Positions 1 to 8,845 are shown, numbered from the stretch's first letter. The stretch is 34,631 bases of DNA from a virus (IMGVR_UViG_640753023_000006); one strand, 5' to 3'. The notes: generated by a model from the letters alone, not told the origin. Numbers and translations are program-made.

Positions 1-996
1 TTATGGACGCATTATGGACATTCCTGACACCGGGTTAAGAGTCACAGCATCTTGTAAGAAATCCGGTGCAAAGTGTGCGTAGGTCATAGTTTGCTGAATG
101 TTAGAATGACCCAGGATGCGCTGCAATGTGATTATGTTACCTCCATTCATTATAAAATGTGTGGCAAATGTATGCCTCAAAACATGCACTGCCTGTCCGT
201 CAGGTAAATCGGGTTTTACTTCCCTGAGAGCGTTGCGCACTTTGTAGTAACTGGCATTAAAAAGCCTGCCTGAGTTTTTGGTCTTGATCCGTTTAATCAG
301 GTCCTGCGAAACGGGAATTGTCCTGCGCTTTCCGTTTTTAGTTTTCATAAACGTAACCATCTGGTTAATGATGTGTTCAGCTTTTAAATTAGACACTTCA
401 CTCCAGCGTCCACCAGTAGAAAGGCAGACCAGAGTCGCATTTAATTCATCACCATCGAGCATGGATAACAGCCGTGTAATCTCTTCACTGGACAAAAAAG
501 CCATTTCTGTAACAGCTTCACGTAATCGCTTAACCTCACGGAACGGGTTGTGAGAATGGTATTCACCGGCGTCAATTAACTTGGTGAACATCCCGCTCAT
601 TATTGCCAGATGCCGATTTACGCTGGCTGGTTTTAGACCATCGTTCATCATTACAACGCGATAATCAGTTATCGTTTTCTTTGTTAGCTGGTCAGCTCTG
701 GACACTCCCATTTCTGCAAATTTGGCGATTATTGTCGTCAAACGCCCCCGTTCAATACCTCCACGCTCATGTGATTTTCCGTGATATATCCACCATCTGC
801 CTAACAACTCTGTAAGAGTTCGGCGGTCGGCTGGCTTCTCCAGCCACTCTTTGTTGTGGTAGTTAACCAGTACATGACGTTCGAATGCTTGAGCTTCACC
901 TTTAGTTTTAAATTTCCGCCTGATACGTTTTCCATCTGCACCCTGCGGTCTGACGTCCACTTCATAACGACCATCATCGAGCTTTTTAATAGACAT
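1..996 (-). CDS. int: P2-type tyrosine integrase
   Basis: 331-aa ORF with ATG at 994-996 (MSIKKLDDGRYEVDV...) and a C-terminal catalytic region HVLRHTFATHF...LGHSNIQQTMTYAH typical of tyrosine recombinases. Position at the prophage end next to the repressor matches P2. Confidence 0.93.
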   Translation of the reverse strand: MSIKKLDDGRYEVDVRPQGADGKRIRRKFKTKGEAQAFERHVLVNYHNKEWLEKPADRRTLTELLGRWWIYHGKSHERGGIERGRLTTIIAKFAEMGVSRADQLTKKTITDYRVVMMNDGLKPASVNRHLAIMSGMFTKLIDAGEYHSHNPFREVKRLREAVTEMAFLSSEEITRLLSMLDGDELNATLVCLSTGGRWSEVSNLKAEHIINQMVTFMKTKNGKRRTIPVSQDLIKRIKTKNSGRLFNASYYKVRNALREVKPDLPDGQAVHVLRHTFATHFIMNGGNIITLQRILGHSNIQQTMTYAHFAPDFLQDAVTLNPVSGMSIMRP

Positions 997-1089
997 AAAG
1001 CCCTCCGATGACGCTGTTTACTTCTACTACTTGAAAATTAATGCAATTTTCTTTCGTACATTTACTGCACACATATGCTGAATAAATCG

Positions 1090-1401
1090 TCAGCCAGTCT
1101 TTTGGTCTGAGTGGTGCAAGGTTGTTGAGTCTTGCCCAATGTGCGCGAGCGCCGGGGCTATTTGTCCGCCAGCGGGATCAGTTTCATCAAACATGAACCA
1201 GTCACGGTACTTGCGAAATCTTTCTGGCTTGAAAAATTTCATGCCTGCGTCAAAAGACATCTTTACTTTTCCCTGCTCATATCCAGCATAGGTGTTGTAG
1301 TTAATTCCAGTTAATTCAGCAACTTGCTTCCTTGTCATTCTTTCTGACTCCCGAATAAGTGCGAGTTTCTCTGCTTGAGATGTGATTTGTGTATTTGACA
1401 T
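1090..1401 (-). CDS. C: immunity repressor, P2 C-like
   Basis: ATG at 1399-1401 gives the 103-aa product MSNTQITSQAEKLALIRESERMTRKQVAELTGINYNTYAGYEQGK with an HTH and a C-terminal ...QIAPALAHIGQ...QKTG tail as I recall for P2 C. The ORF-track start at 1449 is a TTG extension. Divergent from cox. Confidence 0.8.
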   Translation of the reverse strand: MSNTQITSQAEKLALIRESERMTRKQVAELTGINYNTYAGYEQGKVKMSFDAGMKFFKPERFRKYRDWFMFDETDPAGGQIAPALAHIGQDSTTLHHSDQKTG

Positions 1402-1423
1402 GAATTGTCGTATCTCGTAATTT
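1395..1423 (+). promoter_or_regulatory. candidate sigma70 early promoter (Pe-like) reading toward cox
   Basis: TTGACA at 1395-1400, 17-bp spacer, TAATTT at 1418-1423, sitting in the C/cox divergent switch region. A weak direct repeat GTTGnATGnnAC occurs at 1426-1437 and 1475-1486 (possible operator half-sites). Confidence 0.4.
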
Positions 1424-1505
1424 ATGTTGCATGCGACACGCCAGAACAACGCAGAGCGGCTTCAAATAGCTCTGGTTGAATGGCACCAAAGTTGAGGATA
1501 TCAAA

Positions 1506-1862
1506 ATGAGTATTGGATCAAAAATGAATAACGATGTTGGAGAAAAAGTATCTGATCTCACAAAAAGTAAAAAATGTGACATCAAACTTGCAGCCGCACC
1601 GTCGGATTTGCTCTCGAAAGAGGGATTTGCTCTTTACATCGGTAAGACGCCTCGTGCTGTTGCTGAAATGGCGAAAGCAGGCAAGTTACCAGCCTTTTAT
1701 ATGACGGACCCATTAAAGCCGGGCGGTCATGCTGAGTTATGGATTAATCGCCGTGAGTGGGACAAGTACGCAGCCCAACTAGTTGATGAAGCTCCGACAG
1801 AATGGCATGACTGGAAAAATCGCATTAGTTACAGCAAATCAAGACATGGCCGTGCGGCTTAA
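1506..1862 (+). CDS. cox: Cox-like excisionase / early regulator
   Basis: ATG at 1506 preceded by GAGG at 1493-1496 (9-nt spacing). Product contains YIGKTPRAVAEMAKAGKLPAFYMTDP, a Cox/excisionase-like HTH. First gene of the rightward early operon, as in P2. Start is uncertain (the ORF track begins with TTG at 1476). Confidence 0.7.
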   Translation: MSIGSKMNNDVGEKVSDLTKSKKCDIKLAAAPSDLLSKEGFALYIGKTPRAVAEMAKAGKLPAFYMTDPLKPGGHAELWINRREWDKYAAQLVDEAPTEWHDWKNRISYSKSRHGRAA

Positions 1863-1872
1863 GGTGGAAAGG

Positions 1873-2043
1873 ATGAACGAGCCTCGTTGTATTGCTCAGT
1901 TATTGCGTAACGAAAGCCCCAGGGCGATTGACTTCACCATCACCCACGGTAAGGGGCGTAAGGGAATCATTATCCGCACCAAAAAACAGAGTCCGTTAAA
2001 AAAGGCTCTGACCTTTCTGAAAAGCCGGAGGGTATGGAAATGA
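1873..2043 (+). CDS. small hypothetical early protein (P2 orf78 position)
   Basis: ATG at 1873 preceded by AAGGTGGA; in-frame ORF to 2043 between cox and the B-like gene. Alternative ATG at 1846. No recognisable motif. Confidence 0.4.
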   Translation: MNEPRCIAQLLRNESPRAIDFTITHGKGRKGIIIRTKKQSPLKKALTFLKSRRVWK

Positions 2044-2540
2044 CAGTGATGACGCTCAATCTCGTTGAAAAACAGCCAGCAGCTATGCGCCGGATAATTG
2101 GTAAGCATCTTGCCGTTCCTCGCTGGCAGGATACATGTGATTATTATAATCAGATGATGGAGCGCGAACGGCTAACGGTTTGCTTTCATGCGCAGTTAAA
2201 ACAGCGTCACGCAACGATGCGTTTTGAAGAAATGAACGACGTCGAACGTGAACGACTGGTATGTGCAATTGATGAGTTGCGTGGGGCATTCTCAAAACGC
2301 CGTCAGGTTGGCGCAAGTGAGTATGCATATATTAGTTTTTTAACAGTCAGTCAGCGTCGCACTTTATTTATGCACGCACGACTGACAGAAAAAGAATTTA
2401 ACCAGCCATACTGGCGAATTAATGAGGAATCATGTTACTGGCGTGATGCTTTATTCCGTGCATTACGTGAATTATTCAGTCTGTTTGAGTATGCACCGAC
2501 AATTCTGACGTCGGTAAAACCAGAGCAATATCTGCATTAA
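2040..2540 (+). CDS. P2 gene B-like protein (replication, DnaB helicase-loader-like); assignment by position and size
   Basis: 166-aa ORF from ATG 2040 (GGAGG at 2026-2030, about 9-nt spacing); same size and position as P2 B between cox/orf78 and the small ORFs upstream of A. Sequence identity to B not verified. Confidence 0.55.
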   Translation: MTVMTLNLVEKQPAAMRRIIGKHLAVPRWQDTCDYYNQMMERERLTVCFHAQLKQRHATMRFEEMNDVERERLVCAIDELRGAFSKRRQVGASEYAYISFLTVSQRRTLFMHARLTEKEFNQPYWRINEESCYWRDALFRALRELFSLFEYAPTILTSVKPEQYLH

Positions 2541-2603
2541 GTAATTAACCAGAGTTTTTAACGCGCTTAATCGTGCGGGGCTTCTTTTTGCCCGGAGAAA
2601 GTC

Positions 2604-2828
2604 ATGCATACAGTTTCTGAAAATCAGTGCGGTAAATACGCATTACTGCTGCAACAGGCCAGAACCGAAGCACAGGCCGACGCTGCGACGCGCTTTTCTT
2701 CTCATCTTGACGCCATGATTCGCCATATCACAAAGGCGGAGTTATCCCGCGTGGAGATAGTCGAGCTGCTCAGTCAGGAGTCGGAAAAATTTCACAATAT
2801 CGGATTGTCTCGCGGGGAGGTACTTTGA
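2604..2828 (+). CDS. hypothetical early protein (P2 orf80 position)
   Basis: 74-aa ORF, ATG 2604, stop overlaps the next start (TGATG at 2826-2830), indicating translational coupling in the early operon. Confidence 0.5.
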   Translation: MHTVSENQCGKYALLLQQARTEAQADAATRFSSHLDAMIRHITKAELSRVEIVELLSQESEKFHNIGLSRGEVL

Positions 2829-3127
2829 TGTCCTGTTCTCATTCAGTTGTATTACTGAATAACGCCTTAAAAATCGCCGTTATGAAAAATGGCGATTTGT
2901 CTCTTATTCAACTTTGTCTTGATAAAGAAAAACGCGACATCACTGAATCTGTTATCGCGATTTATCAGAATGAATTAAACCTCCTGTCTGATGTGGTCAA
3001 TTTACTTGTTAAACGCGCTGTATTCCACAAGCAAATTTCCTCAGTGGATGAACTGACAAAATTAACGACAGAACTTGCCAGTTATTGCGCTGATGTATCC
3101 AGGAAACTTAACGATAAAAGGAGCTGA
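2828..3127 (+). CDS. hypothetical early protein (P2 orf81 position)
   Basis: ATG at 2828 overlapping the upstream stop; about 99 aa, no recognisable motif. Confidence 0.5.
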   Translation: MSCSHSVVLLNNALKIAVMKNGDLSLIQLCLDKEKRDITESVIAIYQNELNLLSDVVNLLVKRAVFHKQISSVDELTKLTTELASYCADVSRKLNDKRS

Positions 3128-3129
3128 TA

Positions 3130-3354
3130 ATGCCGGACAACGTAGATTTTATTCAGGAACAACAGGCTGAATTACTGGAGCGCCAGATTAACGCGGCAAG
3201 GGTAAAACATTGCGGTGCTTCTGCGCTGGTTTGCGAAGAGTGTGACGCGCCAATACCTGCTGCCCGTCGTGCGGCTTATCCGTCAGCCACGCGTTGTGTT
3301 TCCTGTCAGTCAGTCTTTGAAGCAAAAAACAAACATTACCGGAGAACGGCATGA
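3130..3354 (+). CDS. TraR/DksA-family C4 zinc-finger protein (P2 orf82 position)
   Basis: 74-aa product with CEECDAPIPAARRAAYPSATRCVSCQ, i.e. a CxxC-N17-CxxC zinc ribbon typical of phage TraR/DksA-like proteins. Confidence 0.75.
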   Translation: MPDNVDFIQEQQAELLERQINAARVKHCGASALVCEECDAPIPAARRAAYPSATRCVSCQSVFEAKNKHYRRTA

Positions 3355-3626
3355 GTATTCGTATTGAAATTGGCGAACGTTATGTCGTTACCAGTGACAG
3401 CTTTCAGTTTATTCTCCACGAGAAAAAGAGAGCGGAAAGCGGTAAAAACGCCGGTCAGGAATGGCTGGCGGTGGTTGGTTATTACCCGAAATTAAGCCAG
3501 CTCGTTTCCGGCCTGATGCATCACGATATTCTGACCGGAAGCGCAAAGTCTTTTGCTGATTTAAACGCGCAGGTTGAGCAACTCAGCAAGCGTTGTTCAG
3601 AGGCTTTTGGCTCATATGGCCGTTAA
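3351..3626 (+). CDS. hypothetical early protein (P2 orf83 position)
   Basis: 91-aa ORF whose 3' end overlaps the A start. Confidence 0.5.
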   Translation: MSIRIEIGERYVVTSDSFQFILHEKKRAESGKNAGQEWLAVVGYYPKLSQLVSGLMHHDILTGSAKSFADLNAQVEQLSKRCSEAFGSYGR

Positions 3627-5907
3627 AGCCTCCGGGCGTTTTGTCCCTCCGTCAGCATTTACCGCAGGCACCGGTAAGACGTTTACCGGTGCTTATGCAT
3701 GGAACGCGCCACGCGAGGCCGTCGGGCGCGAAAGACCCCTTACACGTGACGAGATGCGTCAGGTGCAAGGTGTTTTATCCACGATTAACCGCCTGCCTTA
3801 CTTTTTGCGCTCGCTGTTTACTTCACGCTATGACTACATCCGGCGCAATAAAAGCCCGGTGCACGGGTTTTATTTCCTCACATCCACTTTTCAGCGTCGT
3901 TTATGGCCGCGCATTGAGCGTGTGAATCAGCGCCATGAAATGAACACCGACGCGTCGTTGCTGTTTCTGGCAGAGCGTGACCATTATGCGCGTCTGCCGG
4001 GGATGAATGATAAGGAGCTGAAAAAGTTTGCCGCCCGTATCTCATCGCAGCTTTTCATGATGTATGAGGAACTCTGCGATGCCTGGGTGGATGCGCATGG
4101 CGAAAAAGAATCGCTGTTTACGGATGAGGCGCAGGCTCACCTCTATGGTCATGTTGCTGGCGCTGCACGTGCTTTCAATATTTCCCCGCTCTACTGGAAA
4201 AAATACCGTAAAGGACAGATGACCACGAGGCAGGCATATTCTGCCATTGCCCGCCTGTTTAACGATGAGTGGTGGATTAGTCAGCTTAAAGGCCAGCGTA
4301 TGCGCTGGCATGAGGCGTTACTGATTGCTGTCGGGGAGGTCAATAAAGACCGTTCACCTTATGCCAGTAAACATGCCATTCGTGATGTGCGTGCACGCCG
4401 CCAGGCAAATCTGGAATTTCTTAAATCGTGTGACCTTGAAAACAGGGAAACCGGCGAACGCATCGACCTTATCAGTAAGGTGATGGGCAGTATTTCTAAT
4501 CCTGAAATTCGCCGGATGGAGCTGATGAACACCATTGCCGGTATTGAGCGTTACGCCGCCGCAGAGGGTGATGTGGGGATGTTTATCACGCTTACCGCGC
4601 CGTCAAAGTATCACCCGACACGTCAGGTCGGAAAAGGCGAAAGTAAAACCGTCCAGCTAAATCACGGCTGGAACGATGAGGCATTTAATCCAAAGGATGC
4701 GCAGCGTTATCTCTGCCATATCTGGAGCCTGATGCGCACGGCATTCAAGGATAATGATTTACAGGTCTACGGTTTGCGTGTTGTTGAACCACACCACGAC
4801 GGAACGCCGCACTGGCATATGATGCTTTTTTGTAATCCACGCCAGCGTAACCAGATTATCGAAATCATGCGTCGCTATGCGCTCAAAGAGGATGGCGACG
4901 AAAGAGGAGCCGCGCGAAACCGTTTTCAGGCAAAACATCTTAACCGGGGCGGTGCTGCGGGGTATATCGCAAAATACATCTCAAAAAACATCGATGGCTA
5001 TGCACTGGATGGTCAGCTCGATAATGATACCGGCAGGCCGCTGAAAGATACTGCTGCGGCTGTTACCGCATGGGCGTCAACGTGGCGAATTCCGCAATTT
5101 AAAACGGTTGGCCTGCCGACAATGGGGGCTTACCGTGAACTACGCAAATTGCCTCGCGGCGTCAGTATTGCTGATGAGTTTGACGAACGCGTCGAGGCTG
5201 CTCGCGCTGCCGCAGACAGTGGTGATTTTGCGTTGTATATCAGCGCGCAGGGTGGGGCAAATGTCCCGCGCGATTGTCAGACTGTCAGGGTTGCCCGTAG
5301 CCCGTCGGATGACGTTAACGAGTACGAGGAAGAAGTTGAGAGAGTGGTCGGCATTTACGCGCCGCATCTCGGCGCGCGTCATATTCATATCACCAGAACG
5401 ACGGACTGGCGCATTGTGCCGAAAGTTCCGGTCGTTGAGCCTTTGACTTTAAAAAGCGGCATCGCCGCGCCTCGGAGTCCTGTCAATAACTGTGGAAAGC
5501 TCACCGGTGGTGATACTTCGTTACCGGCTCCCACACCTTCTGAGCACGCCGCAGCAGTGCTTAATCTGGTTGATGACGGTGTTATTGAATGGAATGAACC
5601 GGAGGTCGTGAGGGCGCTCAGGGGCGCATTAAAATACGACCTGAGAACGCCAAACCGTCAGCAAAGAAACGGAAGCCCGTTAAAACCGCATGAAATTGCA
5701 CCATCTGCCAGACTGACCAGGTCTGAACGATTGCAAATCACCCGTATCCGCGTTGACCTTGCTCAGAACGGTATCATGCCGCAGCGATGGGAGCTTGAGG
5801 CGCTGGCGCGTGGAGCGACCGTAAATTATGACGGGAAAAAATTCACGTATCCGGTCGCTGATGGTTGGGGGGGATTCATAGGGCGCTTTGATTTTTTCTG
5901 TGTTTGA
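3616..5907 (+). CDS. A: replication initiation endonuclease, P2 gene A-like (rolling-circle Rep)
   Basis: 763-aa ORF from ATG 3616 (MAVKASGRFVPPSAFTAGTGKTF...); contains the HxH-type motif region VVEPHHDGTPHWHMMLF and the tyrosine region GYIAKYISKNIDGY characteristic of phage rolling-circle initiators. Size matches P2 A (about 761 aa). Confidence 0.9.
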   Translation: MAVKASGRFVPPSAFTAGTGKTFTGAYAWNAPREAVGRERPLTRDEMRQVQGVLSTINRLPYFLRSLFTSRYDYIRRNKSPVHGFYFLTSTFQRRLWPRIERVNQRHEMNTDASLLFLAERDHYARLPGMNDKELKKFAARISSQLFMMYEELCDAWVDAHGEKESLFTDEAQAHLYGHVAGAARAFNISPLYWKKYRKGQMTTRQAYSAIARLFNDEWWISQLKGQRMRWHEALLIAVGEVNKDRSPYASKHAIRDVRARRQANLEFLKSCDLENRETGERIDLISKVMGSISNPEIRRMELMNTIAGIERYAAAEGDVGMFITLTAPSKYHPTRQVGKGESKTVQLNHGWNDEAFNPKDAQRYLCHIWSLMRTAFKDNDLQVYGLRVVEPHHDGTPHWHMMLFCNPRQRNQIIEIMRRYALKEDGDERGAARNRFQAKHLNRGGAAGYIAKYISKNIDGYALDGQLDNDTGRPLKDTAAAVTAWASTWRIPQFKTVGLPTMGAYRELRKLPRGVSIADEFDERVEAARAAADSGDFALYISAQGGANVPRDCQTVRVARSPSDDVNEYEEEVERVVGIYAPHLGARHIHITRTTDWRIVPKVPVVEPLTLKSGIAAPRSPVNNCGKLTGGDTSLPAPTPSEHAAAVLNLVDDGVIEWNEPEVVRALRGALKYDLRTPNRQQRNGSPLKPHEIAPSARLTRSERLQITRIRVDLAQNGIMPQRWELEALARGATVNYDGKKFTYPVADGWGGFIGRFDFFCV

Positions 5908-6130
5908 CATAGAATAGCCCCGTTACCGCTTGGGACATCTACTTTGCATTACTCTTGGTATTAGCTTTGTACAAAGGGTATAAAGGCTGCTATTGGCAAC
6001 AATAGTGCTGGCATGGAGATTGCCTCATGTTAAAGCTAGTGAATGTACGCCAGTACAACCGCTACCGCTTTGGGCGTTGGGAGACGGTGCGTAAGCACCG
6101 TCGTTCTTACCCAAAACGATAATATGCGGC

Positions 6131-8347
6131 CTAAGCGGTAACGTTTTCCTCTTCTAGTTCGTCCATCATTTTTAAATAATGCATTTCGTCACCAGTAGCT
6201 GAAAATATTGTTCTCAATTGTTTTAGGTATTTATCTGGGTCTATGTCGCCCATATCAGTAATATTTACCGCATCAGAGTGAGAACCTCTGTTAATGTATC
6301 TGTAGAATGCTTTGAAATCACTGTTGCTATCGTCGCGTGCCAACTTTGTTAATTCATCTTGTAGAGCATCTGTTCTATGAACAAATGCAAAATAATATTC
6401 TAGTATGTTTCTCATAATATTCGGTATTATGATTTTGTTTGCTTTGCCATCTTTTGCATCTTTTAATATTTGCCACAAAGATTGATATTCATTCTGTATG
6501 CTGTTTTTTTGTATTTCAGTAATTATACTAAAATCATTTTTCGTTACTCTACCTAGATAATAGTTTTTCTTAAATAGTTTGTCTTCTCTGCTTTTAGGAG
6601 ATAGCTTAATAAGTTCATGAAAGAAATAAAGATTGTGAGTAAGGATTAATACCTTCTTTGTTAATTCATTTTTTATAATGTGGTGATGAATAATTGATGC
6701 GATGTCGTAGACATAGTTTTGCGATAGACTAGATATTGGATCGTCAATAACAATAAAAATATCCCTGCTATCGGTATCATTTTTATCGGTTTTACCTTTA
6801 CAGCACTCTAAAAAATAAAGAAACGTTATTAGTGTTTTTTCACCTTCGCTAAGAGATCTATAAACATTTTGGTTTTTTGTATGCCCTGGTCGAGATATAA
6901 TGTACATATCTTTTCTTTCTGCATGTTTTTCAATACAAAAACCAGAGATCCCTAGATTTTTTAAATGGGTGTTTATTGAGTCTATCGTAGAATCAATGTT
7001 AGATATTTTATCTCGCAATGCTTTTATTGTGAGATTATTTTCTTTTCCTTGTTGCTCAATATTATTTAATTCATCATGAACTTTCTTTTTGATATCAAAG
7101 AATTTTTCTTTGTGTTTGGATAAATTCTCTAAATCATCGCTGCAAAAAGCATGGAGAGCCCCCCAAACTTGTTTTCCGATTTTATTCTCATACTCTTTGA
7201 GTTTTTTAACCTTATCATTTATGTCTCTTATTTTCTTGTTAACAGCGCCTATGCTTTCCTGAACATGATTTTCTAGTTCTTTATCAATTTCTAATGTAAC
7301 GCATGTTGATGGATTGTTGATCTTATCAATAATGTTTATTAAATTTTTTTCTGCAATGTTTTGCAATATTTTAATATTGGAAATAATGTTCTCTTTATCT
7401 TTCTCATTGATTAGTGCACATGATGATATATTGTTTTGTATTTCGTTAAAATGATATATGGTATTTTTCTCATAAACTGACTTTATATCTGAGAGCTGTT
7501 TTACTTTCTTTGAATAACTTTCGTCAAATATTGATTTAAGGGCATTTAAAAATTCGTGACTAATAGTTTTTTCCTGACAAAACGGACATGTAGAACCGTC
7601 TAAATAATGTTCTTTACCTTTTTTTACCCAGTCAAGATTATGAAGTTTATTAATGGTTTCTGATAAATAGCTATTGCTTGTATCTATTATAGGTGTTGCT
7701 AATGTATTTACATCATCAATTGATGGGGTATATGGATGTAAAGGAGTTATTAATGCGGTTTCATTGTTTCTATTTTCTAATAGTATAGAGTATTCTTTTG
7801 CTATATCATTTAAATTAATAAAGGTGATTGGTGAGGATGATTTTATCATCTCAAAAAAAGGTCTTTTATAGCCAACTTTACCTTTCATTAAGGTTTTTAG
7901 TACAGAGTTTCTGATTGGTTCTGTTTTTTTCCAGATCGATTCGATGTATTCATTTTCTTTTTTTTCCATTTCTGCTTCTAATTTCAATAACACTCCTTTT
8001 TTTTGTCTATATTGCTCTGTGAGTTGCTGTTTAATTGCTTCTTTTTCAATTAATTGTTTTTCAATATCTGCATTTTCTTTACTTAATGTAAAAACACCTT
8101 TTTGTTCCTGTGCATTATAGAAGTTATCTTCAATAAATTTAGTGTTGTAAACAAGAGGTTTGTAATTGTCAAGAAGGGTACATTCACACTCGTTATAATC
8201 TGTGTGTGTAGAGTCGTAGAAATAATTTGAAATGGTAGATTTGCCACAACCATTTTGGCCGTATAGTATGTTTACTCTTTTTTCAAGATTCAGTATTGTG
8301 AAGGCGTCTTTCTTATAACTGGTAACATTTTTTAATCTAAGTTCCAT
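6131..8347 (-). CDS. Rad50/RloC-like ABC ATPase with coiled-coil CxxC zinc hook and C-terminal effector-like domain; candidate anti-phage defence protein
   Basis: 738 aa, ATG at 8345-8347 with GAGG 7 nt upstream. Walker A YGQNGCGKST (DNA about 8234-8260); long K/E-rich coiled-coil segments; CPFC at DNA 7577-7588 (GSTCPFCQEK); ABC signature RSLSEGEK; Walker B/D-loop IFIVIDDPISSLS; H-loop LILTHN; then about 150 aa including RNILE-x6-H. Strongly AT-rich relative to the flanking phage genes; sits at the P2 tin/old position. Confidence 0.85.
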   Translation of the reverse strand: MELRLKNVTSYKKDAFTILNLEKRVNILYGQNGCGKSTISNYFYDSTHTDYNECECTLLDNYKPLVYNTKFIEDNFYNAQEQKGVFTLSKENADIEKQLIEKEAIKQQLTEQYRQKKGVLLKLEAEMEKKENEYIESIWKKTEPIRNSVLKTLMKGKVGYKRPFFEMIKSSSPITFINLNDIAKEYSILLENRNNETALITPLHPYTPSIDDVNTLATPIIDTSNSYLSETINKLHNLDWVKKGKEHYLDGSTCPFCQEKTISHEFLNALKSIFDESYSKKVKQLSDIKSVYEKNTIYHFNEIQNNISSCALINEKDKENIISNIKILQNIAEKNLINIIDKINNPSTCVTLEIDKELENHVQESIGAVNKKIRDINDKVKKLKEYENKIGKQVWGALHAFCSDDLENLSKHKEKFFDIKKKVHDELNNIEQQGKENNLTIKALRDKISNIDSTIDSINTHLKNLGISGFCIEKHAERKDMYIISRPGHTKNQNVYRSLSEGEKTLITFLYFLECCKGKTDKNDTDSRDIFIVIDDPISSLSQNYVYDIASIIHHHIIKNELTKKVLILTHNLYFFHELIKLSPKSREDKLFKKNYYLGRVTKNDFSIITEIQKNSIQNEYQSLWQILKDAKDGKANKIIIPNIMRNILEYYFAFVHRTDALQDELTKLARDDSNSDFKAFYRYINRGSHSDAVNITDMGDIDPDKYLKQLRTIFSATGDEMHYLKMMDELEEENVTA

Positions 8348-8662
8348 TTTTATGCCTCATACGATAAAGCTTTTATTGTATGTAAAAAAGCAGCTTAATA
8401 TAGCCACTTAGTGGTAAAGATCTACCTTAAGACTTTGATATGTTCAAGAGGCATATAACGTAAGTGTTCGTTGAGCCAAATGTGTTTACGCTATGACGAG
8501 TTGGTCGTTTTTTGACAATCCTGTAGGAGCTATAGATAGGCGTATATTAAGTGCGTGTTTTTGCATGTGTCAGATACTATTCTTTTTGTCAGTTTCGGTC
8601 AGTGCTGATGTGATTTCAGTTTCATCATGCAACTGCATTAAAACCGCCCCATGAAGCGGGCG

Positions 8663-8681
8663 GGCGAGGCGGGGAAAGCAC
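8663..8681 (+). other. cos site: 19-nt cohesive end of P2-type phages
   Basis: Exact match to the P2 cohesive-end sequence GGCGAGGCGGGGAAAGCAC as I recall it, in the expected position just downstream of portal gene Q. Confidence 0.8.
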
Positions 8682-8823
8682 TGCGCGCTGGCGGTGGTGC
8701 TGATTTTATTTTTTCAGCGTCTCAGCGCGTCGTGACGGCGCTTAGTCTGCCCGTTGAGGCGCTGGTGTGTCTGCGGGGTGTTTTGTGCGGTGGTGAGCGT
8801 GTGAGGGCGTGATGACGGGGTGT

Positions 8824-8845
8824 AAAAAAGCCGCCCGCAGGCGGC
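8824..8845 (-). terminator. intrinsic terminator after Q (end of the P-Q operon)
   Basis: On the minus strand: GCCGCC-TGCG-GGCGGC stem-loop (8830-8845) followed by UUUUUU (complement of A-run 8824-8829), immediately 3' of the Q stop. Confidence 0.75.

Noticed and set aside
3593-3925. 110-aa alternate-frame ORF at the 5' end of gene A
   Set aside because: Overlaps the A coding frame, which has the recognisable Rep N-terminus; Arg/Cys-rich translation without motif.
7674-7871. 65-aa plus-strand ORF inside the ABC ATPase gene
   Set aside because: Antisense to a strongly supported coding region; AT-rich sequence yields short chance ORFs; no RBS.
6131-8347. Possibility that the 738-aa ATPase is a P2 Old orthologue
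   Set aside because: Old-family proteins pair the ATPase with a C-terminal TOPRIM nuclease (conserved hhhhEG strand plus DxD). I could not find that pattern, and the long coiled coil with CxxC is not an Old feature. Requires profile search to be certain.
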